From assembly GCA_963834425.1 (NCBI GenBank), contig CAWIBR010000022.1:11759-75758 (forward strand): a DNA stretch of 64,000 bases, given 5' to 3'. The DNA comes from an uncultured Actinomycetota bacterium. Its GTDB lineage: Bacteria > Actinomycetota > Actinomycetes > Actinomycetales > CAVURS01. This document shows, one piece after another, positions 49,989 to 59,199 of this stretch. The number at the start of each line of letters is the position of its first letter. Position 1 is the stretch's first letter. The position numbers and the translations under genes are program-made. The notes below the pieces were generated by a model. It was not told the DNA's origin, did not search any database, and saw nothing but the letters and a program-made list of their open reading frames with translations.

Positions 49989-50923
49989 AGTCGCCCTGAC
50001 TGACCGGGCGGAGCCAGTCGGCGTACGACTCACCAGTGAGCCCTTCGAGGTCGCGGATGTCGTCCTCGAGACCGGCGAGCGCCGCCATGCGCTCGTCGGC
50101 GCGTCAGTCGTGGACGACGAGTTCCGTTGGCGTGCAACGGTTTGAGCAACTGAGCCTCGACTGACCGCCAGACCTGCGGCGGGAGGAATGCGCCTGCGTA
50201 GGCTCCCGCACGGACGACCCGACCCAGCGCCCGGACCCGCGCGGAGTCACCGACATAGGGGTGCACGTTCTCCGGGTTGGCCACGCGAGCGTGGTGCGGC
50301 GTGATGCCCAGGAAGTGGTCGACGCGCACCATCGTCCCCTGCGGGTCGTCGACGAGTTCCCGGTAGCGCAGGACGAGGACCTGCTCGCGCGGGTAGTGGT
50401 CGTAGAGCGAGCGCAGCTGCTCGGCGTACCGGCCCAGCCGCCGGTAGTGCCAGAACGGCGCCCACCCGCGAGCGACCCGCTCGTCCTCGGCCGCCAGGGC
50501 GTCCAGGAAGTGCGGGATCGGCTCGAGCCCGTCCGAACGCAGGTGGTTCCAGTTGCTGTAGGCCCGATCGACCGGGTCGCGAATGACGGCCACGATCTTG
50601 GCGTTCGGGGCGTCCCAGGCCATCCGCGCGTGCGCCGTCCGGTCGTAGAGGTAGAACGGCGTGGACTCACCGCGCAGCCGGCCGTCGGGCGCAGCCGCGA
50701 ACAGGGCCTGGTACTGCTCCCGGCGCCAGATCCACTCGCGGGCGCTGTGGGCGTCACCGGGACCCCGCTGACGGCTGCGGGGCGGCGGCCGGCCGTCGCA
50801 CAGATAGAACTTGGGCTCCTTGACCGGGGACAGGTAGAGCTCGGGGTGCTGAGCCAGCAGCGCGTGGAGCGCCGTGGTCCCACCCTTCGGCACACCCACG
50901 ACAAAGAAGTCCGGCAGGGACAT
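49948..50923 (-). pseudogene. sulfotransferase family protein (PAPS-dependent type), with one frame break at ~50095-50104
   Basis: The product starts MSLPDFFVVGVPKGGTTALHALL (5'-PSB loop) and contains VIRDPVDRAYSNWNH (3'-PB). After RPRLT the listed frame becomes Arg-rich noise. The adjacent frame gives ADERMAALAGLEDDIRDLEGLTGESYADWLRPVSQ...-stop at 49948. Confidence 0.75.
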
Positions 50924-50980
50924 GGACTCAGACTACCGAAAGTCTGGTTAGTTGATAGGCAATCTATGCTTGGATTGCTC

Positions 50981-52135
50981 TCACACGGGGGTGAGCCGGG
51001 TCGCCCCGGCCGCGATGGCCTCATCCGTCGCGGTCAGGGCGACCCTCACATGCTCAGCACCGGCGGCACCGTAGAAGGAACCGGGGGCCACCAGGATGCC
51101 GCGCTGCGCGAGCCAGTCGACCGAGCTCCAGCAGTCCTCGCCACGGGTGGCCCACAGGTAGAGACCCGCCTGCGAATGCTGCACCTCGAAGCCGGCTGCG
51201 GTCAGCGCCGGGAGCAGGACAGCTCGGCGCGCGGCGTACCGATCTCGTTGGATCGCAACGTGTTCGTCGTCGCCGAGCGCCGCCAGCATCGCCCGCTGCA
51301 CCGGCCACGGCACGATCAGTCCGGCGTGCTTGCGCACCTCGAGCAGCCGGCGGACCAGGCGCACGTCACCGGCGACGAAGGCGGCCCGGTAGCCGGCCAG
51401 GTTGGACTGCTTGGAGAGTGAGTAGACCGCGAGCAGTCCTTCGTGGCTCCCGCCGCAGACTTCCGGGTCCAAAATGCTCGGAACGTGAGGAGGGGCAGCA
51501 CCCAAGGTGGGTTCCGCGCCATCGGAACCACTGGCAGGCGTCCAGGCAAGTTCCGAGTAGCACTCGTCCGAGGCCACCATCGCGCCGTGCTGCCGGGCCC
51601 AGGCCACGACCTTGGCCAGATGGGCCGCCCCCAGCACCCGGCCGGTCGGGTTGGCCGGTGAGTTGACCCAGACCAGCCTGACCCGCGATGCGAGCGGGCC
51701 GAGCTGAGCCGTGCCATCGGCCGCCACCGGCTCGGCGCCGGCGATCCGCGCGCCCACGTCGTACGTCGGGTAGGCGACCTCGGGGTGGACCACGACGTCA
51801 CCGGGACCGAGCCCGAGCAGCGTGGGCAGGAGCGCGACCAGCTCCTTGGAACCGACCGTCGGCAGCACGCCGTCGGGGTCGAGGTCGGGCACGCCGCGGC
51901 GCCGGGCGAACCACGCGGCGACCGCCTCGCGCAGGTCGGCCGTGCCGTAGGTCTGCGGGTAGCCGGGCGCGTCGGCCGCAGCCGCCAGTGCGTCCTGGAT
52001 CAGCGCGGGTGTCGGATCGACCGGCGTACCGACCGAGAGATCGACGATGCCACCCTCGTGGGCCCGGGCCTTCGCGGCGTACGGCGCCAGGGTGTCCCAC
52101 GGGAAGTCCGGCAGGTCGCGCGCGAGGTCCCTCAT
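50981..52135 (-). CDS. dapC: succinyldiaminopimelate transaminase (class I aminotransferase)
   Basis: Motifs: FPWDTLAPYAAKA, NSPANPTG, YSLSKQSNLAGYR (PLP lysine). It is adjacent to fdxA, as is typical for actinobacterial dapC. Confidence 0.8.
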   Translation of the reverse strand: MRDLARDLPDFPWDTLAPYAAKARAHEGGIVDLSVGTPVDPTPALIQDALAAAADAPGYPQTYGTADLREAVAAWFARRRGVPDLDPDGVLPTVGSKELVALLPTLLGLGPGDVVVHPEVAYPTYDVGARIAGAEPVAADGTAQLGPLASRVRLVWVNSPANPTGRVLGAAHLAKVVAWARQHGAMVASDECYSELAWTPASGSDGAEPTLGAAPPHVPSILDPEVCGGSHEGLLAVYSLSKQSNLAGYRAAFVAGDVRLVRRLLEVRKHAGLIVPWPVQRAMLAALGDDEHVAIQRDRYAARRAVLLPALTAAGFEVQHSQAGLYLWATRGEDCWSSVDWLAQRGILVAPGSFYGAAGAEHVRVALTATDEAIAAGATRLTPV

Positions 52136-52148
52136 GCCCGAGCCGGAC

Positions 52149-52475
52149 CTACTCGTCGTGCTCCTGCGGCGGCAAGGCGGAGATGATCGGGTGGTCCTTG
52201 GGGATCACGCCGAGCTTGGCCGCTCCGCCGGGGCTACCCAGGTCGTCGAAGAACTCGACGTTGGCCTTGTAGTAGTCCTTCCACTGCTCCGGCACGTCGT
52301 CCTCGTAGTAGATCGCCTCGACCGGGCAGACCGGCTCACAGGCGCCGCAGTCGACGCACTCGTCCGGGTGGATGTAGAGGGAGCGTTCGCCCTCGTAGAT
52401 GCAGTCGACGGGACACTCTTCGATGCACGCCCGGTCCTTGAGGTCCACACAGGGCTGAGCGATCACGTACGTCAC
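52149..52475 (-). CDS. fdxA: 7Fe ferredoxin (3Fe-4S plus 4Fe-4S)
   Basis: The product starts MTYVIAQPCVDLKDRACIEECPVDCIYEG and contains CVDCGACEPVCPVEAI. Confidence 0.9.
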   Translation of the reverse strand: MTYVIAQPCVDLKDRACIEECPVDCIYEGERSLYIHPDECVDCGACEPVCPVEAIYYEDDVPEQWKDYYKANVEFFDDLGSPGGAAKLGVIPKDHPIISALPPQEHDE

Positions 52476-52545
52476 GGGCTGTTCCTTCTCGCTGGAGCTG
52501 GTGCTGGTGCGGGGTCGAGTGTCGTGCGCGACCTAGTATCGCAGC

Positions 52546-53520
52546 GTGCGGATCGGGCCGGACGACGTGGGGCGGCGCGTCGTGCTCCGCCACCGCTTGG
52601 CGGACGGTCGAGCCACCGACGTGCTCGGCGAGTTGCTCGCCTGGGACCAGAATGCCCGCTATGCCCTGGTCGGCACCACTCGTGGGCCGGTCACCGTCCC
52701 GCTCGACGACATCATCCTGGGTCACCCGGTCCCCCCAGCTCCTGCTCCGCGCGCCCCCCGCCTGTCCGTGGTGGACCTGCATGACGTCATGGCGGAGGGC
52801 TGGCAGCCGATCGAGCAGGAGGAGTACGGCGGCTGGCGGCTGCGCGCCGCGGAGGGCTTCACCGGCCGGTCCAACTCGGTGCTCCCGCTGGGCCCGCCTC
52901 CCGCTCTCCTGCCGGAGGCCATCGACCGAGTCGAGCACTGGTACGCCGAGCGCTCGCTGCCGGCGCGGTTCTGCGTCCCCTGGGCGCTGGGCAGCGGTCC
53001 GGAGGAGCCCGGGTTCGGCGCGGATCCGCTCGACAACGCCCTGGTGGCCCGCGGCTACATCCTGGATTACCCGACCTTCGTGATGACCTATCCGCTGACG
53101 GCTGCCGTGACCCCGCCGGCGGTGCGCCTGGACATCCGGGACGAGCCCGATGACGCCTGGCTCTCGCTCTACCACTACCGCGGCCAGGACCTGCCACCCG
53201 TGGCCGTCCGGGTGCTGATGTCGGCGCCGGCGCAGGCCTTCATCTCGATCCGTACGGCGACAGGCGAGGCGCTGGCCATCGGCCGGGTCGCGAGCGCCCG
53301 CGGCTGGACCGGGATCGCGGCCGTCGAGGTGGCTCCGGATGCGCGGCGGCGCGGGCTGGCCCAGGCCGTCATGGCCGGCCTGCTCGCCTGGGGTCGTGAC
53401 CGAGGCGACCGGGCGGCGTACCTCCAGGTGGCGCGGGCCAACGACGCAGCGCGCGCGCTCTACGACCGGATGGGCTTCACCGACCACAGCGGCTACCACT
53501 ACCGGATCCAGCCGGCCTGA
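52546..53520 (+). CDS. GNAT family N-acetyltransferase (two-domain type)
   Basis: The C-terminal acetyl-CoA site is VAPDARRRGLAQAVMAGLLAWG...ARALYDRMGF. The start is GTG. Confidence 0.8.
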   Translation: MRIGPDDVGRRVVLRHRLADGRATDVLGELLAWDQNARYALVGTTRGPVTVPLDDIILGHPVPPAPAPRAPRLSVVDLHDVMAEGWQPIEQEEYGGWRLRAAEGFTGRSNSVLPLGPPPALLPEAIDRVEHWYAERSLPARFCVPWALGSGPEEPGFGADPLDNALVARGYILDYPTFVMTYPLTAAVTPPAVRLDIRDEPDDAWLSLYHYRGQDLPPVAVRVLMSAPAQAFISIRTATGEALAIGRVASARGWTGIAAVEVAPDARRRGLAQAVMAGLLAWGRDRGDRAAYLQVARANDAARALYDRMGFTDHSGYHYRIQPA

Positions 53521-53523
53521 GCC

Positions 53524-54030
53524 TCAGTGGATGCGGTCGTAGCGGCCGCGGAAGTGGATCAACCCACCGTCGTCGCTGTCCTGGGTGCCGATCGCCACGA
53601 CCTCGCCGACGACGATGGTGTGGTCACCGCCCGGATAGGTGCCGACGGTGCGGCACTCCATCGTCGCGAGCGACTGGTCGAGCAGCGGGACACCGGTGGC
53701 CGGCCCGTAGTGATGCGGCACGCGGTCGAGCTGGCCGTGCAGCGGGCGGCCCCGCGTCGCCAGCCACTCCGAGGTCGCCCGGGCCGAGCCGTCGAGCACG
53801 CTGACCCCCCACTGCCCGGCCTCGATGACGGCGTCGTGGAAGCGGGCCTCGAGCTCGACACAGACGAGCACCAGCATCGGCTCGAGGGAGACGGAGGTGA
53901 ACGCGTTGGCCGTCATCGCGTGGTCGATGTCGCCGGCCCGCGTGGTGACGACCGTGACCCCGCTGGCGAAGCGCCCCATCGCCCTCCGGTACGCCGACGG
54001 CTCGGGCGGCGTCGGAGGCAGGGACGGCAC
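53524..54030 (-). CDS. flavin reductase family protein
   Basis: Motifs: AMGRFASGVTVVTT, MTANAFTSVSLEPMLVLVC. Confidence 0.8.
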   Translation of the reverse strand: MPSLPPTPPEPSAYRRAMGRFASGVTVVTTRAGDIDHAMTANAFTSVSLEPMLVLVCVELEARFHDAVIEAGQWGVSVLDGSARATSEWLATRGRPLHGQLDRVPHHYGPATGVPLLDQSLATMECRTVGTYPGGDHTIVVGEVVAIGTQDSDDGGLIHFRGRYDRIH

Positions 54031-54051
54031 GGGCTCACGCTATAGGGCGGC

Positions 54052-56073
54052 TCAGCTCCGGTCGGCTGCGGAGTCCCGCAGGTCGATCAGGGCTGGGCTG
54101 TCGACCTGCGCCGGGTCGGCCAACGGGACGCCCAGGCGACGGGTGGCGCTGGCTTGGTGAGCCTCGCGGGCTGCCTCCAGCACGTCGGTGATCTCGTGGC
54201 CGACCAGCTCGTGCCGCTGGATCAGCGCGTCCCGCAGGGCCTCGACCAGGTGCCGGTTGGCCCCCAGAAGCCCACGGACAGTGGCCTTTTGGCGCCCGAG
54301 CAGGTCCTCGACCAGCTCTCGCGTCTGGCCGTCGCCGAGCACTCGCCCGACCAGGCCCGAGTCGCTGAACGCCGAACCCTGCACCGCCGCGAACGAGACC
54401 AGGGTGTCGGTCATGCCCGAGGCACCGACCATCTGGACGGCGACGTTGGTGGCGTAGGACAGGTCGCCGCTCGGGCCGGTCGAGACGTCACCGAAGAACA
54501 GCTCCTCGGCCACCTGGCCGCCGAAGGCGATCTGGATCAGGCACTCGAGCTCCTTGCGCGAGCGGGTGAAGACGTCGTCGCGGTCACCGTGGGCCAGCAG
54601 GCCCAGCGCACCCGCGCGCTTGATGATGGTCAGCACCTCGAGCCGGCGCTGCGGTGCGACCAGCCAGGCGACGGTGGCGTGGCCGGCCTCGTGCGTGGCG
54701 ATCAGCCGGCGCTCGTGCTCGGTGTAGTCGACCGGCTGGCCCAGCCCGATCTCGCTCACCAGCCGGGCGTGCTCGACATCGGCCCAGGACATCGTCTCCG
54801 AGCCGCGGCGTACGGCGCTGACCAACGCCTCGTCGAGCAACCCCTCGATCATGGCCGGGCTGTAACCCGACGTGATCGCGGCGAGGGCGTCCCGGTGCTC
54901 GTCCTGGGCCAGCTCCGGGGCGTGCGACTTGGTCTTCAGGAAATGGTCGACCAGCTGGCGGCGCCCGTTCTTGGAGGGCAGGTCGAAGGTCAGCGCGCGG
55001 TCGAACCGGCCGGGGCGCAGCAGCGCCGGGTCCAGCCCGTCGGCCCGGTTGGTCGACGCCACGAGCAGCACGTTGGGCGCCGACACCTTCGGCGCCGGCA
55101 CCTGATGGGCGATCGGGAGCAGCAGGTTGACCTTGTCGACGACCCAGCCGATCGCCTTCTGGCTGCCGCTGGGCTCGTCGAAGCTCTGCATCTGGACAAG
55201 CAGCTCGTTGACGGCCATCTGCAGGTCGCCGGACCCCTGGTAGGCGTTGTGCTCGCTCGCGTGCTCGGTCGTCGCAGCGGACGCCTGCATCCCCAGGCCC
55301 TCGAGTCCGCCACAGCACACCGTGGCCCGGGCGCGAGCCGGGGCGAAGCGCGTCATCCCCGCGCGGGCACCGCCGATGCCGTCGAACTCGTCGATGAAGC
55401 CGATGGCCCCACCCTCACGGCGGGCCAGCTTGCGCAGGGCCTTGAAGTACTTGCGGACCTTGCGCTGGGTGGCTCCCTGGTACGACGAGTGGAACGACGT
55501 GCCGGAGGCGAACAGGAACGGCACACCGGCTTCGGCCGCCATCGCCTTGGCGGTCAGCGTCTTGCCGGTGCCCGGGCCACCCTGGAAGAGGATGCCGCGC
55601 CGGGCCCGGCCGCCCATCCGCTCGGCGAAGCGCTCGTGGTCCAGGAAGAGCTGCAGGGTGCGGACGACCTCCTCCTTGACGACGTCGATGCCGACCACGT
55701 CGTCCAGACCGACCTTGATCTGCTCGGGCCGGTACATCACATGGGGAGAGCGCCCGATGCCGACGGTCGTGAACACCATGAACAGGATCAGGGCCAGGAA
55801 GAAGACGGCCGGCATCACCACGAGCGGGTCGACGGACGGCAGGTGCGGGCGGCCCACCGGGTTGCCCTCGAGCAGGCGCAGCCACAGGTAGCCGCCGATG
55901 AGCCCGAGGACCAGGCCGACCCGAAGCAGACGCCGCTGGCGGACCCGCTCACGGACGCGAGCGACGTCCACCCCCACCAGCGAGACGTGGTCCGACGACG
56001 GCGGCGCGGTGCTGGCAGAGGGGCTCACACGCGCAGTCAACACCTGCGACGAGGCCCCCGCCCAGTGCGTCAC
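54052..56073 (-). CDS. FtsH-like membrane AAA+ ATPase with a C-terminal M41-type zinc metalloprotease domain (paralogue, atypical ATPase module)
   Basis: There are two N-terminal TM segments. Motifs: Walker A GGPGTGKTLTAKA, Walker B GFIDEFD, LLVASTNRADGLDPALLRPGRFDR, zinc site THEAGHATVAW. The start is uncertain among upstream GTGs. Confidence 0.8.
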   Translation of the reverse strand: MTHWAGASSQVLTARVSPSASTAPPSSDHVSLVGVDVARVRERVRQRRLLRVGLVLGLIGGYLWLRLLEGNPVGRPHLPSVDPLVVMPAVFFLALILFMVFTTVGIGRSPHVMYRPEQIKVGLDDVVGIDVVKEEVVRTLQLFLDHERFAERMGGRARRGILFQGGPGTGKTLTAKAMAAEAGVPFLFASGTSFHSSYQGATQRKVRKYFKALRKLARREGGAIGFIDEFDGIGGARAGMTRFAPARARATVCCGGLEGLGMQASAATTEHASEHNAYQGSGDLQMAVNELLVQMQSFDEPSGSQKAIGWVVDKVNLLLPIAHQVPAPKVSAPNVLLVASTNRADGLDPALLRPGRFDRALTFDLPSKNGRRQLVDHFLKTKSHAPELAQDEHRDALAAITSGYSPAMIEGLLDEALVSAVRRGSETMSWADVEHARLVSEIGLGQPVDYTEHERRLIATHEAGHATVAWLVAPQRRLEVLTIIKRAGALGLLAHGDRDDVFTRSRKELECLIQIAFGGQVAEELFFGDVSTGPSGDLSYATNVAVQMVGASGMTDTLVSFAAVQGSAFSDSGLVGRVLGDGQTRELVEDLLGRQKATVRGLLGANRHLVEALRDALIQRHELVGHEITDVLEAAREAHQASATRRLGVPLADPAQVDSPALIDLRDSAADRS

Positions 56074-56133
56074 CCGATCAGAGTCCGGCAGTACCCGACT
56101 GGCTCACGAGCGGCTACCGCACCCGACCGATCG

Positions 56134-57217
56134 TCACTCAGCGTCAGGGTCGAGCGGGGCCTTGATGACGATGTCCTCGCCCTTCGGCAGCTCCTGCGCG
56201 AAGTGGCAGGCGCTGAGGTGACCGCCGTGCATGGCCAGCGGCGGGTCCTGCTCGGCGCAGACGTCCTTGGCCAGCCAGCACCGCGTCCGGAAACGACAGC
56301 CGGACGGCGGGTTGGCCGGGCTGGGCGGGTCGCCCTGCAGGACGATCTGCGCGCCGCGTCCGCGCAGCCGCGGGTCCGGCACGGGTACGGCGGAGAGCAA
56401 CGCCTGGGTGTACGGGTGATGCGCGTGCAGGTAGACCGCGTCCTCGTCGCCGAGCTCGACCACCCGGCCGAGGTACATCACCTGGATGCGGTGCGAGATG
56501 TGCCGGACCACGGACAGGTCGTGCGCGATGAAGATCAGCGCCAGACCGAGCTCGGCCTGCAGATCCTGCAACAGGTTGATCACCTGCGCCTGCACCGAGA
56601 CGTCCAGCGCGGAGACCGGCTCGTCGCAGATCAGGACCTTGGGGTTCAGGGCCAGCCCACGGGCGATCCCGATGCGTTGCCGCTGCCCTCCGGAGAACTG
56701 GTGGGCGTAGCGGTCGATGTGCTCGGGGCTGAGGCCCACGAGCTGCATCAGCTCACGCACCCGCGCCCGCCGGTCCATCGCGGGGAGCGCGTCCTTGTGG
56801 ATCTCCAGCGGCTCGCTGATGATGTCGCCGATCGTCATCCGCGGGTCCAGCGAGGTGTAGGGATCCTGGAAGATCATCTGGATGTCGCGGCGAATCGCCT
56901 TGAGGTGCTTGCCTTTGGCCCGCGCGAAGTCGCGGCCCAAGCACCTCCACCGACCCCGCGGTCGGCATCTCCAGCCCGACCATCATCCGGGCCAGGGTGG
57001 ACTTCCCGCAGCCGGACTCGCCGACGATGCCGAGCGTCTCACCGGCCCGGATGCTCAGGTCCACCCCGTCGACGGCCTGGACGGCGCCGATCTGGCGTCG
57101 GATCACGATGCCGCGGCGCAGCGGGTAGTGCTTCACCAGGCCCTTGACCTCGAGCACCGTCTCGCCCAGCGTGCCGGGCTCGGCGACCGTGGGGGCGTTA
57201 ACCAAGGACTCCGCCAC
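56134..57217 (-). pseudogene. peptide/nickel (Opp/Dpp-type) ABC transporter ATP-binding protein (OppF-like), with one frame break at ~56936-56938
   Basis: The N-terminus is in the frame of ORF 56753..57334 (LEVKGLVKHYP, GIVGESGCGKSTL, ending SVEVLG). The rest is in ORF 56134..56940 ([53 protein letters not shown]). The GTG start at 57217 overlaps the upstream gene. Confidence 0.85.
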
Positions 57218-58250
57218 TGGCGTACACCTCCTCGGCGAAGTGACAGGCGCTGATGTGGCCGGCGGCCACCTCGACCTCCGGCGGCGGGGGATCACTGCGG
57301 CAGATGTCCTGGGCCTGGATGCAGCGTGGCGCATAGGGGCAGCCCGGCGGGATACGCAGCAGGTTGGGCGGCAGACCCTTGATGGCGAACAACCGTTTGT
57401 CGGTGGAGTCCAGGCGCGGGATCGACTGCAGCAGACCCCCGGGTGTAGGGGTGCGCCGGGCGCGTGAAGGCCTCCATCGAGACCCCCTGCTCCACGACCC
57501 GCCCGGCGTACATCACGTTGATCCGGTCGGCGACCTCGGCGACCACGCCGAGGTCGTGGGTGATCAGGATCAGCCCGCTGCCGGTCTCTCGACGCAGCTC
57601 GGCCAGCAGGTCCATGATCTGCGCCTGCACGGTGACGTCCAGCGCGGTCGTCGGCTCGTCCGCGATCAGGATGTCCGGCTCCAGCGCGATCGCCATGGCG
57701 ATCATGATCCGTTGGCGCATGCCGCCGGAGAACTGGTGCGGGTAGTCGCCGACCCGGGACCGGGCGCCCGGGATGCGCACCCGCTCCATCAGCTCGATCG
57801 CCCGGGCCTTGGACTCCTTGCGGCTCATCCCCCGGTGCACGGTGAACATCTCACCGATCTGGAAGCCGACGGTGTAGACCGGGTTGAGGGCCGACAACGC
57901 GTCCTGGAAGATCATCGCGATGCGCTGGCCCCGAAAGGTACGCCGTCTGGTCCTCGGGCATCTGCAAGCAGCTCTTGGCCGCGGAACTCCACGGTCCCCG
58001 CCGGGATCTCGGCCGGCGGCATGTCCAGGATGCCCATGATCGCCTGCGCGGTGACCGACTTGCCGGACCCGGACTCGCCCAGGATGGCCAGCGTCTCGCC
58101 CTGGGCCAGGTCGAGGTCCACCCCGTTGATCGCCTTGGCGTCGCCGTCCCGGGTGTGGAAGACGACCTCGAGATCGCGGACCTTCAGCAGAGGTGCGCCT
58201 GGGACATCGCCGTCCTGGAGGTCGGTCTCGTGCGCGGTGGTCGCCGACAT
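57198..58250 (-). pseudogene. peptide/nickel ABC transporter ATP-binding protein (OppD-like), with three frame breaks (~57965, ~57945, ~57436-57440)
   Basis: ATG at 58250 gives MSATTAHE...[10 protein letters not shown]...[11 protein letters not shown]...EFRGQELL. The next frame gives QMPEDQ, and the next gives [22 protein letters not shown]...[15 protein letters not shown]...[11 protein letters not shown]...HPYTRG. The last frame gives [38 protein letters not shown] (ORF 57198..57392). Confidence 0.85.
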
Positions 58251-59199
58251 CACATCGTCTTCGGGTCGATGGCCTCGCGGACGGCGTCCCCGAGCATGAT
58301 GAAGCCGAGCACCGCCAGCGACAGGAACAGAGCTGGGAAGAGCAGCATGTGCGGCGTCGACCGGATGTAGGCCTGGGCGTCGTCGATCGCGATGCCCCAG
58401 GAGATCACCGGCGGCTGCAGCCCGATGCCGAGGAAGGACAGCGCCGCCTCGGCTCCGATGTAGGCGCCGAGGCTGATCGTCGTGATGACGATGATCGGCG
58501 CCGCGGCGTTGGGGATCACGTGCTTGCGGATGATCCACCATCGGCTCGCACCCAGACAGCGCGCGGCCGCGACGTACTCACCGTGCCGGACCTGGATCAC
58601 CGAGGACCGAGCGATCCGGGCCGTCGTGGTCCAGCCCGAGGATCGCGATGGCGAGCGCGACCTTGCGAGATCGACAGGAACTGGTTGCTCGGCGTGGCCG
58701 GCAGCGCGGTCAGGATCAGGATGCTGCCGACCAGGACCGGGATGCCGATGAAGATGTCGGTGATCCGGGACAGGAAGCTGTCCAGGAACCCGCCGTAGAA
58801 GCCGGCGTAGATCCCGATGCCGGCCCCGAGCACGAGGGCGAAGATCGTGGCCAGGGTGCCGACGACCATCGACGCCCGAGCGCCGTAGATCGTCCGGGAG
58901 TAGACGTCGCAGCCCTGGATGTCGTAGCCGAACCAGGCCTTGCTCGACGGAGGTAGCCGCGAGTTCGCGAGGTTGCAGTCGTTCGGGTCCTTGTGGGTCA
59001 ACAGTCCGGGTGCGATGGCCATGATCAGGAACAGCACGATCAGGGTGATCGAGAACCAGAAGACCCAGTTCGACCGAAGCGTCAGCCAGGCGTCCCGACC
59101 CAGCGACCGGGTCGGGACGATGTCGGTCTCGGTGCCCGTCGACAGCAGGTTGGTCGCGGTCTCGGAGACGATTTCCGTCTCGCGGATCTGTTCAGTCAT
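58250..59199 (-). pseudogene. ABC transporter permease (OppC/DppC-like), with two frame breaks (~58666 and ~58635-58637)
   Basis: ATG at 59199 gives MTEQIRE...WVFWFSITLIVLFLIMAIAPGLL...IFIGIPVLVGSILILTALPATPSNQFLSI. The next frame gives KVALAIAIL. The next frame gives WTTTARIARSSVIQVRHGEYVAAARCLGAS...[24 protein letters not shown] (ORF 58250..58600). Confidence 0.85.

Noticed and set aside
50951-50969. The AT-richer segment ttagttgataggcaatcta compared with the IdeR iron-box consensus.
   Set aside because: There are too many mismatches to the TTAGGTTAGGCTAACCTAA-type consensus, and the segment is not palindromic.
54154-57147. Very long ORFs antisense to real genes. Examples: 54154..57147 (+) 997 aa, 58940..61723 (+) 927 aa, 2039..3571 (+), 8533..10038 (+), 23432..25150 (-), 25402..26913 (-), 34581..36254 (-) and 36727..38040 (+).
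   Set aside because: Their translations are Arg/Gly/Pro/Asp-rich, low-complexity and carry no recognisable motifs. Each lies opposite a gene with clear family signatures and strong third-position GC bias. Shadow ORFs of this kind are expected in very GC-rich DNA because stop codons are rare.
57398-57425. TTGTCGGTG, which resembles the upstream element of the mycobacterial RecA-independent (PafBC-type) DNA-damage promoter.
   Set aside because: No TAnnnT -10 element lies 8 nt downstream, and the site is inside the oppD-like coding region. I also found no such motif upstream of adnA.
56937-58666. The frame breaks considered as programmed ribosomal frameshifting or transcriptional slippage sites.
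   Set aside because: I saw no slippery heptamer (X XXY YYZ) or long A/T run, and no conserved downstream structure. The events are in different directions, scattered over unrelated genes, and sit at short G/C runs. Indel error or decay is the simpler explanation.
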